Below, one piece after another: positions 52,901-63,869 of a stretch of 64,000 nucleotides of DNA. The notes below the pieces were generated by a model. The model searched no databases, had not been told where the DNA came from, and saw only the letters and a program-made list of their open reading frames with translations. Origin of the DNA: Azolla caroliniana (taxonomy: Eukaryota; Plantae; Polypodiophyta); the NCBI GenBank assembly GCA_043228905.1, contig JBHGNT010000012.1, forward strand, positions 9,362,001 through 9,426,000, read 5' to 3'. A program made the position numbers and the translations under genes. Numbering within the stretch: position 1 is the first letter of the stretch; the number at the start of each line of letters is the position of its first letter.

Positions 52901-55873
52901 GAGACAAAAGCTACAATATACCTAACTTGAGAATCTCGCATGTGCCAAAAACCAGATTCTCTCGTCTCTTTTCTTTTCATCTTATTTACTTTGATATTTA
53001 CTGTGTAATATTTACTTTATTTTGATTTGTTCTCAAAGACGAGAAAACATTTAAGATGTAATCTCTTATTCGGTCTTATAGGCCATTTTGGCCTCTTAAA
53101 AGACGTTAATATATCTTTCTTTCTTTCTTTCTTTCTTTTTGTTTGGATCACTCTATTCTTTTTTATGCTTTTTCTTTTTTATGATAGAATCCAGCTGTTT
53201 TTTTAGGCATAGAGGCATTGGTATTAGAGATTTAAAGCCTGAAGTTCCCAGAGTAGAGGAGATCTTTGATGTAGTTGTTTTTTATTACATTACATATGTG
53301 GTTCTTATTAAGTGATATGATGGGTAGATATATGGTATCAAGTGTAATATAGGATAAAGACACTGGACGAAAACTCAACTGCCAAATTCAAGCATAAAAT
53401 ATTCCAAACATCAAATTTCTAAAAGACTACATAGAAACATTCTAAAATGAATATGTTTTATATGAATCAAAATCAAATAAGTGCTCATTTCCCTCATTGA
53501 TTCTTAATTGTATTAATGCAACTAATTTAGCATTTTTAGTATCTCAATATAAAATTTTACCCAATGGTTAATTTATTTGTGCACTGTATGATCCTTTACT
53601 TGTTTATTTTGGCAGGAAATTGACGTAGATATATGGAATAGGCTTTTGGCTGTACGGAATCGAAAATTTTTGAAAGAAGATGAAGTAAAATGCATGGGTG
53701 ATATGCTGACAAAAATGAATGATTATATGAATCGTCTTGTTGGTCAAGATGATCTTAATCGGAAGAAAATAGAGAAGGCATTAAGAAGCTTAGCAGGTAT
53801 ATATAGATAATACAAAAGTTACCAATTTTATAATCTTAATGAGTGATCGATAATTTTTGTTTGTAGATCTTGTGTATTATAATGAGTGTATCATGTAACA
53901 GAATTTCGAGAAATGCGGGAAAGGAAGAGGAGAAATTCTGCACTTTCACTTCATATTAAGCAAGGGCTAGTTGAAATTGAACTGAAACCCTTAGACGGGG
54001 ATTATATTGATGCAGCCCTACTACCTAGAGGGTTAATTGATGAATTCAATGAAGTGATACTAAGGGAAGCTAACATAAAGGTGAATACTAACTACATTCT
54101 GAATAGAGATGATTGTTTAATATTATGATGATTGTAAATAAATTTTTTAAGAGATCCTACATTCTTATGATGGTGAGCCCATAAGCATTTGCCATCAAAT
54201 CATTTTCAGGTCAAAATTTTAATTGGAATGAAGGACTTTAAAAGAGGGAGTTATGAGATCCAGTGGGATATTCAAAGGTTGGAGAAATTAGAGAAAATAT
54301 TGATAGAGAAGATTCGTTACATTCAATTACTTCGGAATACGAAAGGTATTGAATTTTTCCACAAGACCAAAACTTCCATAGGTAATTAGTATATTTCACA
54401 ATTATTAATTAAATGCAAAGAATGCGTAGTTTAAAACTTTTGAAGCTCATGCTTGCACTTCTTTGTTTCACATGAATTGTAAAATATTTATTTTTCAGCC
54501 CTTCAAAATCTAATTAAGAATGGAGAGGTGATGGAGAAAGCAACCGACAATTCTACTTTAGAAAGCAGGTACATTTATTTTTCTCATAGAGTACCTAAAA
54601 CTAATCAAAATAAAGTTTGGTTTTTGTCGGAATTTCTCTAATAGAATAAAGAATCTTCTTTGTGTGGATTGAGTTAGTCTGGGAATTAAAAGATGAAACA
54701 ACTGCATCGTGTCTGTTATGTGTCCAGATTGGAACATACGAAAGCATTGCATCATAAAAGGATAGAGGAAAAGAAATTACACCTTGAACAATTGAAAAAT
54801 AGAGTCAAGCTGCTTCGATCACGGAGTTTAACAAGCCAGGAAGAAGCTGCAACTTTGTACCAGCAGTACATTTTCCAAATAAACCTCTGTGAAAAATCAA
54901 GTGAGTTTTAACAGCTAGTTTATTTTCTTATCCTTATTTCCTACCTTCCTACTAATGTGATAGAAAATACCATTCTCCCAATCTTCGAGAGTAGAAAACC
55001 ATGATACCTAACAACTATAGGACAATCATGATTAGTCATTTCCTGGCTAAACTATTTGACTCAGTTCTTGCTATCAGGTCCTTAGGTCAATTCTCCAAGA
55101 GTTGCAAACACAAGCAACTTGAGACAATTACTGTTAGTCCACCTGAGAGCTTTGCTACTACGTTGTTATCCAAGCGAGAAGTCAGGTTCTTGTGAGTGTG
55201 TCCACAAGGCACAGGGTCTACATGCATGAAAAATTACTATTGCGTGATGTGTTGTAACCCCTTTGCAATGTCCTAGTCAGGAGCCCACTTGTCTAGACCT
55301 TTGTTGACTTGTGGCATGAGTACGAGTGATGAGGTTAAAGAAAGTTATTTCTTTGTTGTCCTTCAACAACTTCTTCCTATATTTGAGTTGTTGCGAGATA
55401 GTGCACTGGGGAATATGTCCTATATATAATCCAGTATTCCTTGGCATGTGTCCATGTGAGTTGACATAACTACTCCATTTGTTTTGGCTATAGGTAGGTG
55501 ATGTTGGAAAGAGTGCCCCAAATTTTAAACAACAAAATATTATGCCCCAAATTGTAAACAACACATTTTGTTTTCAACCAAAAAATACAACATTGATGTA
55601 ATATTGTGTATTGAGTTTTTACACAATGCATTCAGTGGAACTGAAACAAAATGAGGAGAGTTTGAAAGAAAGACAGAGAAGCATTGTGTCCAAACAAAGG
55701 CTTCATGATAAAGGTAAACATTTGTGTAACATATTTATAAATACCATTTTCACACATTCGTTACATTTTGGCATGCTTTTTCAACAGCTAAAGAGCAAGA
55801 CCATACAATTTCTCAGCTCGAGAAAGATTGTTCAAACGCAAAGGAAAGATATTTTCCTAGCTTTCCTTCATGA
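19986..55873 (+). CDS. CFAP43: Cilia- and flagella-associated protein 43 (WDR96/FAP43): N-terminal WD40 repeats, C-terminal coiled coil; 32 coding exons, 1766 aa
   Basis: Hand-built exons, all GT-AG with consistent phases, sum 5301 nt: 19986-20008, 20153-20345, 21194-21257, 21348-21436, 21511-21669, 21755-22554, 22811-22940, 23633-23746, 27577-27742, 28806-28926, 28994-29223, 29311-29559, 34882-35005, 35916-36012, 36114-36221, 36310-36388, 37964-38541, 38649-38834, 38913-39013, 39971-40157, 40241-40372, 43395-43565, 43758-43903, 43998-44094, 44193-44246, 53616-53796, 53902-54080, 54210-54345, 54499-54568, 54728-54900, 55636-55713, 55788-55873. Recognised CFAP43 motifs: ERALQDMMGGKLE, EDKTLDRNFKKDFSD, LHIKQGLVEIE, C-terminal YFPSF. 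WD motif TSGQDGTVRVW. Exon 1 is the least certain. Confidence 0.9.
20153..20345 (+). CDS. CFAP43: CFAP43 exon 2
   Basis: YGIGYQGSTLHVIDDSSALAICGN...FGIS...IAYAEK; AG/GT boundaries. Confidence 0.85.
21755..22554 (+). CDS. CFAP43: CFAP43 exon 6 (WD40 region with low-complexity insert)
   Basis: 800-nt open exon PHCHVWSEDGKMIYIGC...HYGPILGFATLG. Confidence 0.88.
22811..22940 (+). CDS. CFAP43: CFAP43 exon 7
   Basis: FVLTSGQDGTVRVW WD40 repeat; GTAAGT donor. Confidence 0.88.
23995..24302 (+). mobile_element. Two tandem 3'-end fragments of the RTE-X-like LINE with (TTTC)n tails
   Basis: Each matches the 3' UTR at 52985-53137 (GGTCTTATAGGCCATTTTGGCCTCTTAAAAGA). Confidence 0.8.
24680..26336 (+). 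mobile_element. Internally deleted Ty1/copia element (partial 5' LTR, RT end/RNase H, 3' LTR)
   Basis: TSD GATAT on both sides; LIYLTITRPDL, FTDADWAG, WSSKKQ, CDNLSSI motifs; PPT TTGAGGGGGCG; 3' LTR 25908-26336. Confidence 0.9.
26342..27410 (+). mobile_element. Degenerate RTE-X-like LINE fragments
   Basis: Patchy similarity to 51750-52920 (WKDLERSLVSM, NLENKITWISPK). Confidence 0.7.
28806..29559 (+). CDS. CFAP43: CFAP43 exons 10-12
   Basis: Exons 28806-28926, 28994-29223, 29311-29559; LITGAEDGALQIRD and FIGGANGAIY WD motifs. Confidence 0.85.
29947..32067 (+). mobile_element. Ty1/copia element, 5' half (partial LTR, iMet PBS, gag, protease, GAG-pre-integrase)
   Basis: LTR of the same family as 25908-26336 ending at 30340; PBS TGGTATCAGAGC 30341-30352; gag from 30503; WFVDSGASNHMT; LWHKRVGH...CEACQLGKQ. 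Cut by a LINE at ~32067. Confidence 0.9.
32068..33500 (-). mobile_element. RTE-X-like LINE copy (ORF1 and partial ORF2) with internal deletions
   Basis: Coiled-coil/RRM-like ORF1 (33114-33500); STVDY endonuclease end; NYRTIMI, QAGFRKG and CFVDFRKTFD RT motifs. Confidence 0.85.
33610..33764. mobile_element. Possible Mutator-type terminal inverted repeat relic
   Basis: Four GGG(T/C)A..(C/T)TGGTA subrepeats ending TACTTTTCCC. No partner end found. Confidence 0.35.
34144..34459. repeat. Diverged tandem duplication, ~159-bp unit x2
   Basis: TGCATACA.CTCTTGCAGTTGTG at 34144 and 34303. Confidence 0.85.
36720..37170 (+). mobile_element. 5'-truncated RTE-X-like LINE 3' end
   Basis: High similarity to 52680-53125 including the TTTC tail. 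Confidence 0.85.
37964..39013 (+). CDS. CFAP43: CFAP43 exons 17-19
   Basis: VPNFPL, LLYGSFELSTPKRKRTQ, REAFNKRF, FVVKDEEI. Confidence 0.88.
39971..40372 (+). CDS. CFAP43: CFAP43 exons 20-21
   Basis: ERALQDMMGGKLEQKKEE...PAWM signature, then coiled coil. Confidence 0.9.
40732..43262 (-). mobile_element. Ty1/copia, Ale-like: protease, partial integrase, open RT-RNase H ORF, PPT and short 3' LTR
   Basis: 412-aa RT/RH ORF 40933-42171 (QLDVKNAFLHG, YVDD, KHIEID, ending DIFRPS); WIIDSGAS; HSDVWGP; PPT 40926-40936; ~195-bp LTR. Deletion between integrase and RT. Confidence 0.92.
43395..44246 (+). CDS. CFAP43: CFAP43 exons 22-25
   Basis: EDKTLDRNFKKDFSD...LYRHFRKR; DPFNERPE. Confidence 0.85.
45600..46483 (-). 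mobile_element. RTE-X-like LINE RT fragment with a 118-bp tandem array at its 5' end
   Basis: DFRKAFDTVPR and GVKQKCPL motifs; units start at 46028, 46146, 46264, 46382. Confidence 0.88.
47097..48670 (-). mobile_element. Non-autonomous gag-only copia derivative (1574 bp)
   Basis: TSD CAGTC on both sides; LTRs 47097-47521 and 48342-48670; iMet PBS 48330-48341; partial gag joined directly to the PPT at 47522-47533. Confidence 0.92.
49494..53137 (+). mobile_element. RTE-X-like non-LTR retrotransposon (LINE): partial ORF1, APE endonuclease, RT, C-terminal CCHC zinc finger, (TTTC)n tail; decayed
   Basis: GDFNA, STVDY, TDH endonuclease motifs; GVKQGCPLSP; catalytic YADD mutated to YTND; SHQLQIEVGRY...ERICQLC...EHYVCHC; microsatellite tail 53114-53137. 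Confidence 0.9.
53616..55873 (+). CDS. CFAP43: CFAP43 exons 26-32 (C-terminal coiled coil, stop TGA 55871-55873)
   Basis: IWNRLLAVR, KQGLVEIE, KDFKRGSYEIQW, YFPSFPS*. Confidence 0.88.
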
Positions 55874-56222
55874 TCTTTTGAGTTTCACAATCAATTTCAA
55901 TTAAACCAGAGAGGTGTGATTCCTTGGAGATTCTCCTTTATAATGCAACCTTTGCTATGCCAGCACTGGCTTTTCAGACACAATGTTTTGTGGGTGATCA
56001 CAATCCTTATCATCATTGCCTAATCTCTGATTCATTGTTCAGATGTACCAAAAAATATTTCTAAAATTGGTGTGCCTCATTGTAAGATGGACAATTTGTA
56101 AATATAGTTTCTTTAAAGGTGCATGGATTGCATTTTTGTTGCCATCGAACTGATGGATTTATTGCACAAAAAGCAAATGTCTATGTACATGCACTAAAAA
56201 ATAGCGGTTACAATGATGGATT

Positions 56223-56342
56223 TTATGCAGTAATATTTTTCTGTCCTATATCTTATTCTAAATATGCAGTAATATTTTTCTGTCCTAGATCTTATTCTAA
56301 AATACGCCATAATATTTTTCTGTTCTAGATCTTATTCTAAAT
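56223..56342. repeat. ~39-bp minisatellite x3 downstream of CFAP43
   Basis: TAATATTTTTCTGTCCTA.ATCTTATTCTAAA repeated. Confidence 0.8.
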
Positions 56343-57332
56343 ACTTCTACTTTGAGGTAGTCATGTCAACCAACTCTTGACTATTAAAGATAACACCACC
56401 TCATATAAAAGCGCACATTGTACAAGAAAACTATGGTCAAAAGGTTTCTAAGTAACATGGCCTTCTAAAATCCAATTGCCAATCCCATTTGGAAACACAA
56501 TAAATGTATTGTAAGCAAAATCAGATCAACACAAATGAGCACCTTTGAAGCCATTGAGAGGAAATGGAGAGCTAGAGTATGAAATTAGTCCCTAGATTGG
56601 TAACTGTAGAATATGTTGCCTAGAGATCGAATTATATATTGATGACTTTTGCGAAGATCCATTAAAATGGCCATTTAGAGAGATATCAATAATTGTGACC
56701 TTAACCTAAATAGAATAAATGAAACTTGAACAAAGTGACCCCAGTGGGACATGAGAACGGTGTGCTAGCTAGGTTGTAGTTCCATTTGACGAGATAGTAA
56801 AAGCGTCGATAGCCCTATGACGCAAGTGATTATATTAAATGGGGATATATGGTTTCACAAGTGAAATGTGGATATTGGGTGGATCATTTGGTGATCTAGC
56901 AAGGTAGGATGATACACAACAATGTTGACCTACTTTTATACTTTTGAAGGATCCAATATTTTTGTATTCAACCTTGGGTCTTGGCAAATGTTTTTGATGT
57001 TCTTTCGTGGCAATAACAACTTGTCCTAGGACAAACGATAGGAGCTTCATCGTGATGCCAATCAATGACTTCATTAGTGAGTTCAAAAGCCTAAAGAAGT
57101 CCAAGTTTATTATCTTCTTGAAGTTGGTGATCTTCATCATAACTGTATTCATTCTTTGACATTGGGGTTTTTTAGTGGTGGGAGAGCTACGCTAGACAAT
57201 CTGGCAAGCTAAATGGAATCATTTAGAGGGAGGATTTGTTTTTTAAAGGGAGCCATAAACAATGATTGCACTTAATTGTCATGTTGATATGTCACAAAAC
57301 ATCCAAGATATTGTTTGAATATTTGGTTTATT

Positions 57333-60300
57333 TGTAAAAAGAATAGTACGTGTGCGGAAACGTAACAGACACAACCGGGTAACACAGACGAACACAAGAA
57401 GGTTTAATGGAGAGCTTAAACGACACAACGTATGTAGGAGAGACAAAGAGAGAGAGAGAGAACAGAACACACAAAACTTAGATTCAAAAATAATAACACT
57501 ATGTACATTGAACGCGCTTAGAGAGCGCTTTTATACAAGTCCATACGAACTGACAGAAGTACTGACTTGAATTTCAATGCTCATTAATGAGCTTCCTACA
57601 CAAACTCCCAAAATTATTCCTTCGCGGAATATCTATCTAACGGCTTCTCGGTTTACACACTGCTACGACCGCTAGTTGTGCGCACGGTTTACACACCCAG
57701 TCTACGCACTGGTTTACGCACCGGTTTACACACCCAATGTTGAGCTTGTATGTCAACACTCCCCCTCAAGCACAACTTGAGGTTCCGCTTGCTCTTCTGG
57801 ATCTTCAGTCTGGCTTCTCCTAGCTTCACACCTCGCTCGCTCTCCACGACCTGTTCGATTCCGCGCGCCTCGACCCTTTCGGTCGGCTTGTCTACTCGTG
57901 TGGCCCTTCTTAGCTCCCTTATTGTCGCGGTGTTGGCGCCTCTTTCGCTGCCCTTTCCTCCACTTGGCCTTCAGTTGATTCGGCATGACCGAATCGAACG
58001 TTTCGATTGAATCGGTCAGTTCCAATTCATCTCTGCTTTCGCTCGAATTGGCTGTCTCTAATTCGTCTTCTTTCTTTAGGTCCTTAACCACATCCGACCA
58101 TGTCTTGGCCTTGGCCGTCATGCCCTCCTTGGCTTTATCTCCCCCTAGCTTGACCGTCTTCGGCTCTTCCCTATGGTTACGCCCCCTGTTTTCTCCTTTA
58201 GCTTCTTCAGCTAACCTGAAATCGAATTCTTCATCCGACTCGGCATCCCTCCTTTAACGCTCCTGTTCCTATCTCCCCCTCAAGTTCGGCGTGTCGAAGC
58301 GGCACAGCCCAGGCCCACCCGAGAATTGCCGCAACTTGTTGAGACCAAGGGGCTTGGTGAAGATGTCGGCAATCTGCCGACCTCTTGGAACATATACTAG
58401 TCCGACTTCACCGGAGAGGACATGCTCGCGGATGAAATGGTAATGCACCTCAATGTGCTTGATCCGAGTGTGGAAGACGGTGTTCTTCGCAAGTTGGATG
58501 CTACTGAGGTTGTCGCAATAGATTGGCGTCGGAGCGGACACCTCCACATGCAGATCCTTGAGTAGTCTCTTGAGCCAAATGACTTCGCACATAGTGACAA
58601 CCGCCCCTCGATATTCGGCCTCTGTGCTCACAAGTGCTATTGTCGGCTGCTTCTTACTGCTCCACGTGATCGCCACACTTCCCAATGAGAATGTGTATCC
58701 GGATGTGGATCTGCGATCGCCGACATGTCCGTCCCACTTCGCATCTGTGTAGCCAAACTGTTCGACTACGCGTGCCCGATACATTAACGACATGTCCTTA
58801 GTGCCACTGACATACCACAATATCCTTTGCACGCACTAAAAACGTTCAGACGTGGGTTGCGACATAAATTGACTGATCAGGCCGACTGGGTAGCTGAGAT
58901 CCGGCTGAGTGATCGTCAAATAAATTAGGCTTTCCACAATCTGGTGAAACCGTATCGGGTCGCACTCCTTTCCCAAATCTCGCCGAAGCTTCACGTTTCT
59001 ATCCAGAGGGGTCGAGATGGGCTTACAATCTGCCATCCTGAACTTGAAGAGCATATTCAGTGTGTAGTGACGCTGGTTGATCAATATGCCTTTGGGGGTA
59101 CGGATCACTTCGATCCCGAGGTAGTAATGAAGGTCTCCAAGATCCTTCATTTTGAACGATGCCACAAGTAGAGACTTTACATGACCGATTTCATCTAGGT
59201 TTGCACCGGCGATGACTAGATCATCAACATAAAGTAAGAGGCTAACCGGGCCATGTCGACCTTGCCGAACGAACAATGAAGAGCCCAACTTCGATGGCGC
59301 AAAACCCATCTTCCGCAATTGTCGTGTAATCTTTGCGTTCCAAGCTCGTGGGGCTTGCTTAAGTCCGTATAATGACTTCTTCAATCGGAAAACTGCCGAA
59401 GTGTTCTGTTCGGATAGAAATCCAGGGGGTTGTACCATGTACACATGTTTCTCAAGATTGCCTTGCAGGAATGCATTATTTACATCCATTTGATGTAAGT
59501 GCCACCCCTTCGTCGCTTCGACGGCCAGTAGAACTCAGACAATGGTCATCTTGGCGACAAGCATGATGGTTTCGTCGTAATCAACGCCATGCTTCTGCGC
59601 GTAGCCTTTCGCCACTAATCGGGCCTTGTATCGGTTGACTGAGCGGTCGGTGTTGTACTTCACCTTGTACACCCATCTACATCCGATCGGCTTTACACCT
59701 TTAGGTGCGTCAACCAGGTCCCAAGTCTCATTGTCTAATAACGCACACATCTCTTCCTTCATCGCCGCACGCAAGTTCGCGTCCTTCGTTGCTTTTGCAT
59801 AGCACTCTGGCTCACGCACTTCCACCACTCGCGCCATGTACTCGTTGTATCCAAAGCGCACCACGGGGTTCTTCTGGCTGGTAGTTGACGTTATTGGTCA
59901 TTAGCCAATTTTGAGGCCCTCTTGGCCGACACAGACTTCATTTTTGGAAGTCCGTCTTCATTCATCTCGTAGTTGAATTCGCTTTGATCCTAGTCGTCCT
60001 TGTCAATGATGTACTCCGACATCTTCGCGCGTAAGCCATCTCCTCGGCTTCTTGTGCGAGGAATGCACGACCGAGTCACCACTACTCGCTAACTGTGTGT
60101 CTGACTTGTCATGTTGACTCAGTCACTCATTCGTCCTACTTAGCCTGAATGAGATCAGACACTCTTCAGGAGCTCCACTGTCTCCTTCTTCTCGAGGCAT
60201 TTCAGCGTCATTGACCTCTTCGTCAGTGATTGGAATGGGGTTGTCAGTGGTTGGAGGCGAAGGCAAGTACCACGACGCGGACTCGTTGAACACAACATCA

Positions 60301-62672
60301 TGACTTACGCGAGCTTGTTTGGATCAAGGGTTATAACACTTATAACCCTTCTGTTTGTCCAAGTAGGCAACCAAGCTACACTTCTTGGCTTGGTGTCTAG
60401 CTTCCTCTATTTCTCCTTCGGCACATGCACATACGAGATGCTACCGAAAATCCTCAAGTGTGCCAAGTTAGGCTTCTTATTGAAGTACAATTCATGTGGT
60501 GACACTCCATTAGCAGAAGTCTGATTTTGCAAGTAAATAGGCGTCCTCATGGTTTCAGCCCAATAAAATTTCGGCATATGCTTCTCTTCAAGTATTGCCA
60601 TGGCCGCCTCTTCGATCGTGCGATTCTTCCGCTCGGCCACGCCGTTATGTTGCGGCCGGTATCTGCATGAGAATTCACGTCGAATTCCCTCCTTTTGTAG
60701 ATAACTCGATAACTGGTCGGAGAAGTACTCCTTCCCACCATCGCACCTTAGGCACTTGATCTTTCGTCCGGTTTCCCTTTCCGCATGGCTCTTTACCTTT
60801 AGGAAACACGTGAAGACTTTGCTCTTTTTCACGATCAAGCACGCCCAAGTGTGCCGATAGAAGTCATCGATGAAAGTCACGAAATATCTAGTTCCACTGA
60901 GACTCACGTTTTGTGTCAGTCCCCATACATCCGAATGGAGCACATCAAACAGATTTCGACTTTGGTTACGCTCATTGGGGAATGGACGTTGGTGATGCTT
61001 TCTCAACTGGCAGGCCTTGTAGACTTGGCCCTTTCGGCCACTGAATTTTGGCTTGCCGAAAACGATGTTTTAGGTGGCCGAACCGCTTGTGCCACAGGTT
61101 GATATCCGATTTGACCTTTTGCCCTTTCGCAAACATAGCGGTACCTATGTCGTTGGTCTCGAGGATAAACATCCTCCCTTCACAGCGCCCTTTCGCGGTT
61201 ATCTTGCCTTCCTCTTCGATGTAGCAATAGAGATGTGTGAATCGAACTTGCATCCCCTGGTTGACGATCTGTCTGATTGACACCAGGTTCTTGGTTGTTG
61301 TTGGGAAGTGTAGCATGTTCATGAGTTTCCCTTTTTGCCGAATGTGGCTGAGGGGAACTTCTCCGACATGTTCAATGGTATGCGGAGTGTCGTCTCCAGT
61401 TTCGACCACTCCTTGTTTTTCCGGTTTCTCCAAGTACGAGAACCATTCCTCATGACTCGTCATATGATTTGACGCTCCGGAGTCAACATACCACACCTCA
61501 TTTGGTTTCGAGGTGTTCAACGCCATGGAATTATGAAGGTTGGGCTCGATCCATTTCCAGCTCGTTCAGAGCTTTCCACGTAGTGCGACCTCTGATGCCT
61601 ATCTGCGTCTCGTCCGCTTGATCCGGTTTTGTCCGAATCGGCCCTTTTTTTCTAGCACTCGCTTTCTCTGTGGCCTTTCTTACCATAGTACCAACAGTCC
61701 GTTGCGGCCTTGCCTTGCCGGGTCTCGGCACAACTATGACTACCCCTTTGTTGTGGAGTGTTCGGAACTGCTTCCGGCATTTCGATTATGCCACTCGTTC
61801 TGCTCTTATCGACCGCCTCCATTGCGCACCGACCCGCCTCGTCCGCCACGACCACATGGTCTCTCTTCCTCCGTGTACAACATCTTTTTGTCTATGTGCG
61901 TACTAGTCGACGCACCCGCGTGGTTTTCCTCTACGAGCAACATTCATTGAAGCTCAAAGAACGACGGAGTGTTCTTCTGCGTACAGACAACATTTCAGAA
62001 TGCTCCAAACTTCGACGCTAACCCTCCAAGCTAGACCTGCACTATTTCGTCGTCCTCGACATTTACATCGATGGAGGTGATAGAGTCGCAGATGTCCTTG
62101 ATCTTGGAGGTGTAATCAGCCACAGACATCCCGTTGTCGAACATTGCTCAACTCTTGCCTGAGTTGAAGTTTCCTGGATGTGGTGTTTGCGGCGAAAATA
62201 TTTTTCAGATTTCCCCAAGCATCCTTTTGCGTCTTCGCATCCCGAATGTAGCTTAGAAGCTGACCGCTCACACAAGATGCAAAGCAATAGAGAACTCTGC
62301 CTGCTGCTTGTTCCTAGGCCGGAAAGTCTCTGTGTGTTGATTCGGGTGTTGTGTCATTCGTGCCATCGACATAACTCCAATAGTCGTGCCTCGAGCAGGT
62401 GCGTACGACCAAGATGCATAGTTGCTTCTGTCGAGCTTCTCCGTCGGAAGCGAGCTAGCCATTCCTCTATCCATTCTTGTTTTTCTTCAGTTTGTCAGAG
62501 TGATTAGGGTTTCTTTGTTTTTCTGGAGCAGAGGACTTCAAACCTTGCGCTCTGATACCATGTAAAAAGAATAGTACTTGTGCAAAAGTGTAACAAACAC
62601 AACTGGGTAACATAGACAAACACAAGAAGGTTTAATGGAGACCTTAAACGACATAACATATGCAGGCGAGCG

Positions 62673-62765
<93 letters not shown>

Positions 62766-63010
62766 TGTACAGAGAACGCGCTCAGAGAGCTCTTTTATAC
62801 AAGTCCATACGGACTGACAAAAGTACTGACTCGTACTTCAATGCTCATTAATGAGCCTCCTACACTAACTCGCAAAATTATTCCTTCGCGGAATATCTAT
62901 CTAACGGCCTCTCGGTTTACGCACCGCTATGGCCACTAGTTGTGCGCACGGTTTACGCACCCAGTCTACGCACTGGTTTATGCACCCAATGTTGAGCTTG
63001 TATCTCAACA
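57333..63010 (-). mobile_element. Full-length decayed Ty1/copia LTR retrotransposon
   Basis: LTRs 62561-63010 (5') and 57333-57758 (3'); flanks TTATT/ATATT; iMet PBS 62549-62560; gag, protease WYVDSGASNHMT, integrase HSDVWG, RT YVDD, RNase H; PPT 57759-57769. Confidence 0.95.
62675..62762. repeat. (AG)n microsatellite in the copia 5' LTR
   Basis: About 44 AG units versus about 7 in the partner LTR. Confidence 0.95.
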
Positions 63011-63869
63011 ATATTGAATTTGTTTGCTTTTCTGTCTTGGGGTGAAATGTCATCAGTTTTTGTTTTTTAAACTTCAAGTAGGAGATATGAGACTAAACTA
63101 CAAGTTACAGACAAAGATAGAATGATCCAATACAATATTATTTGGACATTGATTTGGAAAATGTTGACAACCTAGAATGTTAGAACTTGCATGTGTCAAT
63201 AAACAAGGTTCTCAGCTAGTGATGAAGTAACTAAACAAAATTATTGCAATGATAATGTCAGCCATCAAGATTACAAGCATGCAATCATCAAAATAACAAG
63301 CGTGCAAAAACCCCCTCATATATAAGCATACCATTTCATATTGCAAAAGACCTTAACAATTGTTAAATGAAAACATAAGAAATTGTGCCGAAAAGGATAC
63401 CAAAGGAAGAAGAACCAAGGATAGAACATAGCATGCGTCAAGAGGAATATATGTCTAAACACTACCCCAAATATAGAAAGGAGGTCCTAAATGTCCAAGA
63501 CTATTTTTGTTAAGTAGATGGCACGTGGTGCACTGGTTGTGAGGATATGGGCACCTACAAGGAACCCCAAGCAACTAATACAAGAAAAGAGGGATAGAAC
63601 AAAATGAATGCAATGCAAGACAATGGGTAACCTAGTGTGAAACAAACACACTTTGTAAAAGCTATAAAAGCCACTATGTAGTGTATATTATAGTTATTCT
63701 AAAATTAATAGTTTCTCCAAGTGACTATTGTGGGAAGCCTCCTCTTTTATCTCCCTAATGTAATTAAGAGCTGAGAGAGATTAATGAGAGAGGTTAGTAA
63801 ACCAAGTTCTAATCTCTCTCTCTCTCTTGTGTTGAAGAAGTTGTCATTGGGAATGTTGTGATTATGCTT

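Noticed and set aside
19986-55873. CFAP44 or several separate WD40 and coiled-coil genes
   Set aside because: Exon phases link into one frame, and the DMMGGxLE and KQGxVE motifs are those I recognise from CFAP43.
55950-57330. Short ORFs downstream of CFAP43
   Set aside because: No recognisable domains or exon chain.
62635-62851. ER-repeat ORFs (also 11688-11932)
   Set aside because: Translations of AG/CT microsatellites in LTRs.
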